From the NCBI GenBank assembly GCA_035547835.1, contig DASZTW010000007.1, positions 198,955 to 262,954 of the forward strand: a stretch of DNA of 64,000 nt, in the 5' to 3' direction. The stretch comes from Acidimicrobiales bacterium (GTDB lineage Bacteria; Actinomycetota; Acidimicrobiia; Acidimicrobiales; Iamiaceae). The notes under the pieces were generated by a model that was not told the DNA's origin, searched no databases, and was given only the letters and a program-made list of their open reading frames with translations. A program made the position numbers and the translations under genes. Below, one piece after another: positions 28,306 to 36,345 of this stretch; positions within the stretch are counted from its first letter, which is position 1; the number at the start of each line of letters is the position of its first letter.

Positions 28306-30625
28306 ACAGGGTCGAGCGCTGCTCGAGGGGCCGGCCGAGTGGCTCCACCAGCGCCTGGAACGCGGACTCGTCCATGGCCTGGCCGTGCGATGCGCCCGCC
28401 GCGCGGGAGATGTTCTCGTCGATCAACGTCCCGCCCAGGTCGTTGGCGCCGGCTTGCAGCAACTGCCGTGAGGCTTCGATGCCGTGCTTGACCCACGACA
28501 CCTGCACGTTGTCGATCAGGCCGTGGTAGGCGATGCGGGCCACGGCGTGCATCAGCAAGGTCTCACGGAAGGTGGGGCCGCGGCGTGCTTTGCGCTGGAG
28601 GTAGATCGGTGCCGCCATGTGCACGAAGGGGAGAGGGACGACTTCGGTGAAGCCGCCGGTCTCGCGCTGCAGGTCGCGCGTGCGCACGAAGTGGCGCGCC
28701 CAGTGGACGGGTTGCTCCACCGAGCCGTACATGATCGTGATGTTCGAGCGGAGACCGATCTCGTGCGCGGTGCGGTGGGCGAAGAGCCACTCCTCGGTGT
28801 TCACCTTGTCGGGGCACAGGACCGCGCGGATGTCGTCGTCGAGGATCTCGGCGGCGGTGCCTGGCAAGGTGGCGAGCCCGGCGTCCTTGAGGCGCCGCAG
28901 ATATTCCGCCAGCGGCTCGCCGAGGCGTCGGGCGCCTTCGGTGACTTCCAAGGCCGTGAAGCCGTGAACGTGGATGGCGGGTGCAGCGGCCTTCACGGCC
29001 TTGGTCACGTCGAGGTAGTAGTCACCATCGAACTTCGGGTGGATGCCACCTTGGAGGCAGACCTCGGTGGCGCCCATGGCGGCCGCTTCGGCTGCACGGC
29101 CCGCGATGTCGTCGAGCGTGAGCAGGTATGGGGTGCCCCGCAAGTTGAGCGACAACGGACCTTTCGAGAACCCGCAGAACTTGCACTTGAACGTGCAGAC
29201 GTTCGTGTAGTTGATGTTGCGGTTGTGCACGTACGTGACGACGTCGCCCACGGTCGCCCGGCGCAGCTCGTCGGCCACATCGGCGACGGCGGCGACCTCG
29301 GGGCCGCGGGCACGGAACAGCGCCACCAACTCCTCGACCCCGGGTTCCTGGCCGAGGAGCACCCCGTCGAGCACTTCGCGGACGGCCCCTCGCGCGGACG
29401 GAGTGGCCGGGATGAGGGACGGCGGGTGGCCCTGGCCACCCGAGTACCAACTGGTGTTGCGCCGGCCGATCTGGACGACCTCAGCGCCCGTGCCGGCGTC
29501 GACCGCCTCTTGGATCCGCTCCGGGTAGAACGACCCGGGGTCGTCGCGGGCCAGCCCATCGGCATCGGAACGGTCCATGACGGCGAAGCGCAGACCCTCG
29601 TCGAACCACCTGTCGGGTGCCAGCACGAACTCGCGGTGGGCGGTGAGGCGTGGCGCGAGCGTGTGGCCACGCGCTTCGGTGGCCTCGCGCAGCCGGTCGA
29701 GTGCGGGCCAGGGGCGTTCAGGGTTGACGTGGTCGGCCGTCACCGGCGACACCCCGCCCCAGTCGTCGATCCCGGCATCGAGCAGGATGCCGAAGTCGTC
29801 GGACAGGTTGGGCGGGGCTTGGAGGTGGATCTCGGCCGGCAGGATCAGGCGCGCCAGCGCGATGGCGTCGAGGAACTCGTCGGGCGGACACGGGGAAGCG
29901 CTGTGCATGCTCGTGCCGGCCTTCGGCAGGAAGTTCTGCACGATGACTTCTTGCACGTGACCGTGGCGGCGATGCGACGCCGCGATGGCTTCGAGCGCGG
30001 CGACGCGGTCGTCGCGGCGCTCACCGATGCCGACGAGGATGCCGGTGGTGAACGGGATCCGCAGCTCGCCCGCGGCCTCGAGCGTGGCAAGCCGCCGGGC
30101 GGGTTCCTTGTCGGGCGAGCCCCGGTGGCAGGCGAGATCGCCGTTCAGACTCTCGATCATCATGCCTTGCGAGGGGGCGACCGATCGCAGCGCCGCGAGC
30201 TCGTCGACGTACAGCGCACCGGCGTTGCCGTGGGGCAGCAGGCCCGTCTCCTCGAGGACGAGGCGGGCCATGGCCGCGATGTAGTCGATCGTGGAGGAGT
30301 AGCCGTTGGCAGCCAACCACTCCGCGGCGACGGGATACCGCTCCTCGGGGCGCTCGCCGAGCGTGAACAGCGCTTCGTGGCAGCCGTGCGCGGCGCCACC
30401 CTTGGCGATGGCCAGCACCTGCTCGGGTGAGAGGTAGGGGGACTCGAGGCGAGCCGGTGGCTGCGCGAACGTGCAGTAGCCGCAGCGGTCGCGGCACAGC
30501 TTGGTGAGCGGGATGAACACCTTTGGCGAGTACGTGACCCGGGTGCCGTAGACGGCGTCGCGGACCTCGCGGGCCCGGCGCAACAGCTCGTCGGGCGCCA
30601 GAGCCAGCAGGTCGTCAGCACGCAT
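28280..30625 (-). CDS. fbiC: FO synthase (fused CofG/CofH), F420 chromophore biosynthesis
   Basis: 781 aa with two radical-SAM halves. The CxxxCxxC motifs are CRDRCGYC and CTFKCKFC. Confidence 0.9.
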   Translation of the reverse strand: MRADDLLALAPDELLRRAREVRDAVYGTRVTYSPKVFIPLTKLCRDRCGYCTFAQPPARLESPYLSPEQVLAIAKGGAAHGCHEALFTLGERPEERYPVAAEWLAANGYSSTIDYIAAMARLVLEETGLLPHGNAGALYVDELAALRSVAPSQGMMIESLNGDLACHRGSPDKEPARRLATLEAAGELRIPFTTGILVGIGERRDDRVAALEAIAASHRRHGHVQEVIVQNFLPKAGTSMHSASPCPPDEFLDAIALARLILPAEIHLQAPPNLSDDFGILLDAGIDDWGGVSPVTADHVNPERPWPALDRLREATEARGHTLAPRLTAHREFVLAPDRWFDEGLRFAVMDRSDADGLARDDPGSFYPERIQEAVDAGTGAEVVQIGRRNTSWYSGGQGHPPSLIPATPSARGAVREVLDGVLLGQEPGVEELVALFRARGPEVAAVADVADELRRATVGDVVTYVHNRNINYTNVCTFKCKFCGFSKGPLSLNLRGTPYLLTLDDIAGRAAEAAAMGATEVCLQGGIHPKFDGDYYLDVTKAVKAAAPAIHVHGFTALEVTEGARRLGEPLAEYLRRLKDAGLATLPGTAAEILDDDIRAVLCPDKVNTEEWLFAHRTAHEIGLRSNITIMYGSVEQPVHWARHFVRTRDLQRETGGFTEVVPLPFVHMAAPIYLQRKARRGPTFRETLLMHAVARIAYHGLIDNVQVSWVKHGIEASRQLLQAGANDLGGTLIDENISRAAGASHGQAMDESAFQALVEPLGRPLEQRSTLYGRPASAH

Positions 30626-30634
30626 GGGTCGACC

Positions 30635-31594
30635 TTATCGGCGCGCCCCGGAAAGCTCGCGCTCCAGGAAGTCGAGCCAGGTGCGACCCGCTGCCCCGAG
30701 CGCCCGGGCCCACCGGCGCCGCGGCGACGCGATCGATGGCCGTAGTCCGACCAGCAGGCCGGCCGTCACGATCGCGGCGCCGAGGAGGCCTGCCGCAGAG
30801 AGCGTGCCGGTGCCGAGCAGCACGCCACCGGCGAGCGTCACCACGGGAACGCCGCCGGACACCAGCGCAGCCAGGTCGGCGCCGATGCGAGCCACCGCGC
30901 TGTACCAGGCCACGAAGCCGACCATGGTCGATCCGATCGCGAGAAAGAGGATCATCGCCAGCTGTGACCCGGTCGGGACCGGGAGGCTGTGCGCGCCATC
31001 AGCGACGAGCGCGGCGATGCCGAGCACGGGAGCAGCGAGCAGGCACGTCCAAGCCGACACGGCCCACGGTCCGAGCCGGGGCAGGACCGGCACGGCCAAC
31101 AGCGTGAACGCCACTTCACACGCCATCGTGGCGAGCGCGAGCGCGATGCCGGTACCGTCGGTGTGCCCCGCGCCCTGTACGACGGCGCCGCCGGCCACCA
31201 CCACGGCCGCGCCGACAAGACGGTGGGGAGCGGGTCGGCGTCGTGCCACCAGCGGGGCGAGCAGCGCGACCACCACCGGCACCGCGCCGACGGTGAGGCC
31301 GGGCACCGCGGGCTCAGCGTGGTGGAGCGATGCGGCGAGGAACAAGTTGAAGCCGACCAGTCCGGTGGCCGCGAGCAGACCGAGGTAGCCGGCCTCGCGC
31401 CAAGTGGGGCGGGGGAGCGGCTTGCCGAGGACGCCGGCCGCGCCCACCAGCAGGGCTCCGGCCAAGCCGTAGCGCGCCGCCTGCCCACCGAGAACCGGGT
31501 AGTCGTTCAGCCACACCATGCCCGCGACGGCGATACCCACCATGAGGGTCGAGCACACGGCCGCGCTGTAGCCGAGCAGGCGTTCTTTCTCCAT
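30635..31594 (-). CDS. EamA/DMT-family transporter
   Basis: Trimmed to MEKERLLGYSAAVCSTLMVG. About 10 TM helices in two EamA repeats. Its TAA stop is 9 nt from the fbiC ATG. Confidence 0.75.
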   Translation of the reverse strand: MEKERLLGYSAAVCSTLMVGIAVAGMVWLNDYPVLGGQAARYGLAGALLVGAAGVLGKPLPRPTWREAGYLGLLAATGLVGFNLFLAASLHHAEPAVPGLTVGAVPVVVALLAPLVARRRPAPHRLVGAAVVVAGGAVVQGAGHTDGTGIALALATMACEVAFTLLAVPVLPRLGPWAVSAWTCLLAAPVLGIAALVADGAHSLPVPTGSQLAMILFLAIGSTMVGFVAWYSAVARIGADLAALVSGGVPVVTLAGGVLLGTGTLSAAGLLGAAIVTAGLLVGLRPSIASPRRRWARALGAAGRTWLDFLERELSGARR

Positions 31595-31615
31595 GGCTGC
31601 AAGGTACGGGCCTGA

Positions 31616-31635
31616 TGGACCGAGGGTAGGGTCCA
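31616..31635. promoter_or_regulatory. Inverted repeat TGGACC-N8-GGTCCA in the EamA/MocR divergent intergenic region
   Basis: Read directly from the sequence. It sits in the 46-bp gap between divergent starts, so it is a candidate MocR operator. Confidence 0.2.
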
Positions 31636-31640
31636 CAACG

Positions 31641-33143
31641 GTGCGTGAAGAGAGGACCAATTCTTCCCTTGAGCTCCTGGTGCCGCTCGATCGATCGAGC
31701 AGCGTCCCGCTCCACCGCCAACTGGAGACGGCGCTTCGCGATGGCATCGTGAGCGGTCGGCTGCGGCCAGGCACGGCGCTCCCGCCTTCGAGGCGCCTGG
31801 CAGCCGATCTCGGGGTCTCGCGTGGGGTCGTGGTCGACGCGTACGAGGAGTTGGTCGCCGAAGCGTGGCTCGACTCGAGGCCCGGCTCCGGCACCCGCGT
31901 GGCCGACGCGGCGCGAGGCGTTCCCGAGCCGCCCGCTGCCTCGCTGGCGCGCACACCTGGACCGAGATGGGATCTCCGGCCCGGTCAACCAGATCTGTCG
32001 CGCTACCCCCAACAAGAGTGGCTCGCCAGCGCGCGGCGGGGGCTGCGGGGTCTCCCGTGGACCGATCTGGGCTACGGCGACCCGCGCGGCCTCGCCTCCA
32101 CCCGCGACGCGGTCCTGGCCTATCTGGGCCGCGTCCGGCGGGTCACGGCCACACCGGACGGCGTGCTGATCTGCAGCGGGTTGGCCCACGGGCTCGCGTT
32201 GATCGCGCGCTGGCTGGTGCGGCGGGGGACCGACACGATCGCGGTGGAGGACCCTGGCTCGTACAACCAGCGCACCTTGCTGGAGGCCAATGGCCTCCGG
32301 GTCAAGGGGGTCGCGGTCGACGACGGCGGGATCGACACGGCGGCGCTGCGTGCTGCCAAGTGCCGGGCGGTGCTCGTGACGCCGGCGCACCAGTTCCCGA
32401 CTGGGGTCGTCCTCGCACCCGAGCGCCGTCAGCAGCTGGTGGCTTGGGCGCGGGAGGTCGACGGGGTCGTGATCGAAGACGACTACGACGCCGAGTACCG
32501 CTATGACCGGGCCCCCGTCGGCTCGCTGCAACCGCTGGCGCCCGAGCGGGTGATGCACGGCGGCTCGCTGTCGAAGAGCCTCGCGCCGGGGTTGCGGCTC
32601 GGGTGGCTCGTGGGTCCCGACCAGTGGATCGCCGAGCTCGCCGACCTCCGGTGGGTCGACGATCTGTCGCCGGCCGTTCCCGCCCAAGTGGCCTTGGGCG
32701 AGTTCCTGCGCGACGGCGGGCTCGACCGACACCTGCGTCGCACCCGATCGGAGTACCGGCGGCGCCGCGACGCGCTGGTGGCCGCGATCCGTCGCCGGCT
32801 GCCTGACTCGGAAGTACTCGGGGCCTCGGCCGGGCTCCACGTCGTCGTGACGCTGCCCGACGACGTGGAAGAAGCGGCGGTCGTGGCGGCGGCGCGGGCC
32901 GCAGGAGTCGAAGTGCGCTCGCTGGCCCGGTACCGCATGAAGCCCGGACCACCCGCCCTGGTGCTGGGCTACGCCGCGCTCACGCCGGGATCGCTGCGTC
33001 GCGCCGCCGCAGCCCTCGCGGAGGCGGTCGAGGTGTCGCGTGGCCGATCCGGTCGTCCGGCCGGCAGCCCGCGCACGTCGTCGGCACCGCTGCCCTCGAC
33101 GCCGGACGGCACCCGCCGCACGCGCTCCGGCCCGGCGGGCTGA
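31641..33143 (+). CDS. MocR/GabR-family regulator (GntR wHTH + aminotransferase-fold domain)
   Basis: N-terminal LPPSRRLAADLGVSRGVVVDAYEELV. C-terminal fold-type I domain with SLSKSLAPGLRLGW (PLP Lys). GTG 31641 was chosen over ATG 31593. Confidence 0.8.
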   Translation: MREERTNSSLELLVPLDRSSSVPLHRQLETALRDGIVSGRLRPGTALPPSRRLAADLGVSRGVVVDAYEELVAEAWLDSRPGSGTRVADAARGVPEPPAASLARTPGPRWDLRPGQPDLSRYPQQEWLASARRGLRGLPWTDLGYGDPRGLASTRDAVLAYLGRVRRVTATPDGVLICSGLAHGLALIARWLVRRGTDTIAVEDPGSYNQRTLLEANGLRVKGVAVDDGGIDTAALRAAKCRAVLVTPAHQFPTGVVLAPERRQQLVAWAREVDGVVIEDDYDAEYRYDRAPVGSLQPLAPERVMHGGSLSKSLAPGLRLGWLVGPDQWIAELADLRWVDDLSPAVPAQVALGEFLRDGGLDRHLRRTRSEYRRRRDALVAAIRRRLPDSEVLGASAGLHVVVTLPDDVEEAAVVAAARAAGVEVRSLARYRMKPGPPALVLGYAALTPGSLRRAAAALAEAVEVSRGRSGRPAGSPRTSSAPLPSTPDGTRRTRSGPAG

Positions 33144-33185
33144 GCGCGGGGCACCGACGCCTGGGCGGCGCAGTACCGTGCCGCC

Positions 33186-34439
33186 ATGGCGATCACGGCT
33201 GCGATGCAATCGATTCTCGACGGTGCGGAAGCGGCCGCGGGCGACGTGACCGCGCTGCGACGCAAACTGCACCGCCGACCGGAGCTCGGCCTGCAGTTGC
33301 CCGAGACCCAGGCTGCGGTGCTCGAGGCGCTCCAAGGGCTGCCCCTCGAGGTCGGTACCGGTGAGCGGACGACGTCGGTGATCGCGACCCTGGAGGGCGC
33401 CCACGCCGGTCCGACGATCGTGTTGCGCGGCGACATGGATGCACTCCCGCTGCAGGAGGACACGGGCCTCGACTTCGCCTCGGAGCTCGACGGTCGCATG
33501 CACGCGTGCGGGCATGACGCCCACACCGCCATGCTCGTCGGTGCCCTGCATGTCCTGGCAGGCCGGCGTGACGAGCTGCACGGTCGCGTGATGGCCATGT
33601 TCCAGCCAGGGGAGGAGGGGTTCAACGGCGCCTCGCTGATGATCTCCGAAGGCCTGCTCGACCTGCCCGACGGCACGAGGGACCCCACGATCACCGGCGC
33701 GTTCGCGATCCACATCACCCCGTCGGCGCCGACCGGTTTCGTGGTCGGCAAGGGCGGCACCATGCTCGCGTCGGCCGACGAGTTCACCGTGACGGTCCAC
33801 GGGCGGGGTGGGCACGGCTCGCTGCCCCACCAGGCGCTCGACCCGATTCCGATCGCCTGCGAGATCGTCATGGCGCTGCAGGCCGCGGTCACCCGGCGAG
33901 TCGACGTGTTCGACCCCGTGATCATCTCGGTGTGCGAGCTGCACGCAGGCACCACCACCAACGTGATCCCCCCCGATGCGCGGATCCGCGGCACGATACG
34001 AGCGACGTCGAACAAGGCCCGCGACCACGCACACCGCCTGGTCGGCGAAGTGGCGTCGGGGGTCGCTGCCGCGCATGGGGCCACCGCCGAGGTGGTGATC
34101 GACGCGGGTTACCGCGTGACGTCGAACCACGGGGGGTTCGTGCAGGGCGTGGCCGAGGTCGCCCGTGACCTCCTCGGTGACAAGCGGGTCGCGATCCCGG
34201 TGCCCAATCCGGTCATGGGCGCGGAGGACTTCGGCGAGGTCCTCGACCGCGTCCCGGGCTGCATGGTGTTTCTCGGCGCCTGCCCACCCGGCATGGATCC
34301 CGCCACGGCGCCCTCGAACCATTCGAACCTGATGCAGCTCGACGAGGCGGCCCTCCCGCTCGGCGTCGCGCTGCACGCGGCGGTCGCACTGCGTCACCTG
34401 TCGGCGGCGCCCGGCGGCGGGCTGGCCGCCGCCACCTGA
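33186..34439 (+). CDS. M20D-family amidohydrolase (aminoacylase/hippurate-hydrolase type)
   Basis: LRGDMDALP, MHACGHDAH, FQPGEEG and GAEDF motifs. Confidence 0.85.
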   Translation: MAITAAMQSILDGAEAAAGDVTALRRKLHRRPELGLQLPETQAAVLEALQGLPLEVGTGERTTSVIATLEGAHAGPTIVLRGDMDALPLQEDTGLDFASELDGRMHACGHDAHTAMLVGALHVLAGRRDELHGRVMAMFQPGEEGFNGASLMISEGLLDLPDGTRDPTITGAFAIHITPSAPTGFVVGKGGTMLASADEFTVTVHGRGGHGSLPHQALDPIPIACEIVMALQAAVTRRVDVFDPVIISVCELHAGTTTNVIPPDARIRGTIRATSNKARDHAHRLVGEVASGVAAAHGATAEVVIDAGYRVTSNHGGFVQGVAEVARDLLGDKRVAIPVPNPVMGAEDFGEVLDRVPGCMVFLGACPPGMDPATAPSNHSNLMQLDEAALPLGVALHAAVALRHLSAAPGGGLAAAT

Positions 34440-34536
34440 TCGGCCGAAGGGCCGTCACGGCGACGAACGGCGCTGGCCTGGCCACTGCCTGAGGCAGACT
34501 GGTCTGGCCCGCAGCGCATCTGGAGACCTTCGACTG

Positions 34537-36282
34537 GTGGCCACGCCCGGCACTTCTTTTCCTCAAGGCAACCAACGCATCCCCGGCTACGAGCTCCGCC
34601 GGCAGCTCGCGCACGGCGGGTTCAGCCAGGTGTACGAGGCGTACCAGCCAGCCTACGACCGCACGGTCGCCGTGAAAGTGCTCACGGTCGACCTCACCGA
34701 CCATCGGTCGCAGCAGCGCTTCACCCGTGAGATCCAGGCGACCGGTCGGCTCACCGGGCATCCGTACATCGTCACGGTCCTCGATGCCGGCTTCACCAGC
34801 GACGGTCAGGCCTATCTCGCCATGCCGTTCCTGTCGGGCTCGACCGCCGACCGTCTGGTGAGCCAAGGGCCTCTGCCGGTCCCTGACGTGTTGGACATCG
34901 GCATCAAAATGGCGGGTGCGCTCGAGACGGCGCACCGTCACGGGATCCTCCACCGTGACGTCAAGCCGGGGAACATCTTGATGTCGGCCTATGGAGAACC
35001 CGCGCTGGCCGACTTCGGGATCGCGGTGGTCGATCGCGGGCGGCAGGAATCCGTCACCCTCGGCGCGCTGACACCTGACCACGCACCTCCGGAAGTCATC
35101 GACAACGAGCCGACGACCACCGCGTCCGATGTGTATTCGCTGGCCTCCACCCTGTACACGCTGCTCTCGGGTCGGCCGCCGTTCTGGGTGGAAGACGATG
35201 GCTCGGTGCTCGGTCTGTTGCGCCGCATCCTGTCGGCTCCCGTGCCGAGGATCGGTCGGCCCGACATTCCCGCCGCGCTCGAGGCGGCGCTCGAGACGGC
35301 GATGGCCAAGCGACCCGAGGATCGCTACCCCGGCGCGCTGGCGTTCGGCGAGGCGCTCCAGGAGGCGCAACGGACGGTCGGCCTCCCGGTCACCGAAGTG
35401 GTGTGGGGCGATCGGGTGGCACCTCCGAGCCCGCCGGGCGCCGGGACCGGTGCGGAGGCACGGCCTGTGCCGTCGGGTGCCACCGGCGATGACACCTCTC
35501 TCGTGGGCACGGTGGACACGCCGACCGTGCGGCCCGGCCGGTCCTCGGTGGCATCGCCAGGGCTCCCACTGCCAGCTGGACCGCCCGTCGCTGCTGATCC
35601 ACCGCCCGTCGCTGCTGATCAACCGCCCGTCGCTGCTGATCAACCGCCCGTCGCTGCCGCGGCGGCGTCCGCTGGCAGCGGTGCCGGCACCCCGACGCCC
35701 ACTGGCGCCCAAGAGGCCGGTGCCACGCATGCCGGCGCGGGTGGCGCCAGCCCCTGGGCCCGGCCGGGCTCCTATCAAGGCAGCGACACCGTCGTCGTCG
35801 GCCGTCAGCGCCCACGGGGCGAGCCAGCGACCAGCGACGGCGGCGACGAGGAAGCGAACAGCCGCCGTTGGCTCGTTGCAGGGATTGGCGCAGTGGTGGT
35901 CGTCGGGCTCGTGGTGGGCGGTCTCTTGTTGTTCCGCGACAAGGGCAACAAGCCGGTCCCGACCACCGCCCGCAAGGTGGCGACCGTGTGGCATTCGGTG
36001 GCGCCGTTCAAGGCGGTGCGAGACGCCAACGGCACAGGTGTGCGGCTGACGTGGAAGGACACCAACACCAAAGCGCAGTACGTGGTGACCGCGGATCCGC
36101 AGGTCGCCGACCGCGGGTCGATCCAGACTGACGCCCGCGACCACACGCACATCGTGGGCCTCGTCCCGGGCACGCAGTACTGCTTCATCCTCATCGGGTT
36201 CCGTGACATCAACGCCGAGCCCCACCAGCTCGGCCAAGCGTGCATCCCGGCGGCCAAGGTCCAAAGGGCCCCCACGCCGTAG
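34537..36282 (+). CDS. Transmembrane Ser/Thr protein kinase with Pro/Ala-rich linker and FN3-like ectodomain
   Basis: VAVKVL, HRDVKPGNIL and DFGIA, then a single TM helix (WLVAGIGAVVVVGLVVGGLLLF). The C-terminal ~120 aa has an FN3-like pattern (VRLTWKD...YVV...GLVPGTQYCFIL). Confidence 0.85.
   Translation: MATPGTSFPQGNQRIPGYELRRQLAHGGFSQVYEAYQPAYDRTVAVKVLTVDLTDHRSQQRFTREIQATGRLTGHPYIVTVLDAGFTSDGQAYLAMPFLSGSTADRLVSQGPLPVPDVLDIGIKMAGALETAHRHGILHRDVKPGNILMSAYGEPALADFGIAVVDRGRQESVTLGALTPDHAPPEVIDNEPTTTASDVYSLASTLYTLLSGRPPFWVEDDGSVLGLLRRILSAPVPRIGRPDIPAALEAALETAMAKRPEDRYPGALAFGEALQEAQRTVGLPVTEVVWGDRVAPPSPPGAGTGAEARPVPSGATGDDTSLVGTVDTPTVRPGRSSVASPGLPLPAGPPVAADPPPVAADQPPVAADQPPVAAAAASAGSGAGTPTPTGAQEAGATHAGAGGASPWARPGSYQGSDTVVVGRQRPRGEPATSDGGDEEANSRRWLVAGIGAVVVVGLVVGGLLLFRDKGNKPVPTTARKVATVWHSVAPFKAVRDANGTGVRLTWKDTNTKAQYVVTADPQVADRGSIQTDARDHTHIVGLVPGTQYCFILIGFRDINAEPHQLGQACIPAAKVQRAPTP
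35581..35658 (+). repeat. In-frame 21-bp tandem repeat, about 3.7 copies (PPVAAD[P/Q])
   Basis: ccgcccgtcgctgctgatc[c/a]a repeated at 35581, 35602 and 35623, with a partial copy at 35644. It lies inside the kinase juxtamembrane linker. Confidence 0.9.
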
Positions 36283-36300
36283 CCCCCGCAGAACCCCCCT

Positions 36301-36345
36301 GCTGTGAGCAGTTGACCACCTGGGAGGTGGTCAACTGCTCACAGC
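36301..36345. terminator. Perfect 21-bp stem / 3-nt loop hairpin between convergent genes (bidirectional terminator candidate)
   Basis: 36301-36321 pairs base-for-base with 36325-36345 (checked by hand), with loop GGG. It begins 19 nt after the kinase stop and covers the stop codon of the transglutaminase-like gene (36339-36341). Confidence 0.6.

Noticed and set aside
31314-34397. Very long antisense ORFs: 1027 aa here, also 45276-47873, 15276-17507, 6742-8625, 34213-36264, 4349-5992, 13607-14914, 18569-20275, 28484-30430 and 49526-51379
   Set aside because: Each lies opposite a gene with clear family motifs (MocR/M20, tkt, SPL-like, FAD oxidase, kinase and others). Each has the Arg/Gly/Ala/Pro/His-rich composition expected of stop-poor antisense frames in very GC-rich DNA.
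35581-35658. A direct-repeat array that might be CRISPR-like or a minisatellite
   Set aside because: The repeats are contiguous 21-mers without spacers. They are in frame inside the kinase ORF and encode a Pro/Ala linker.
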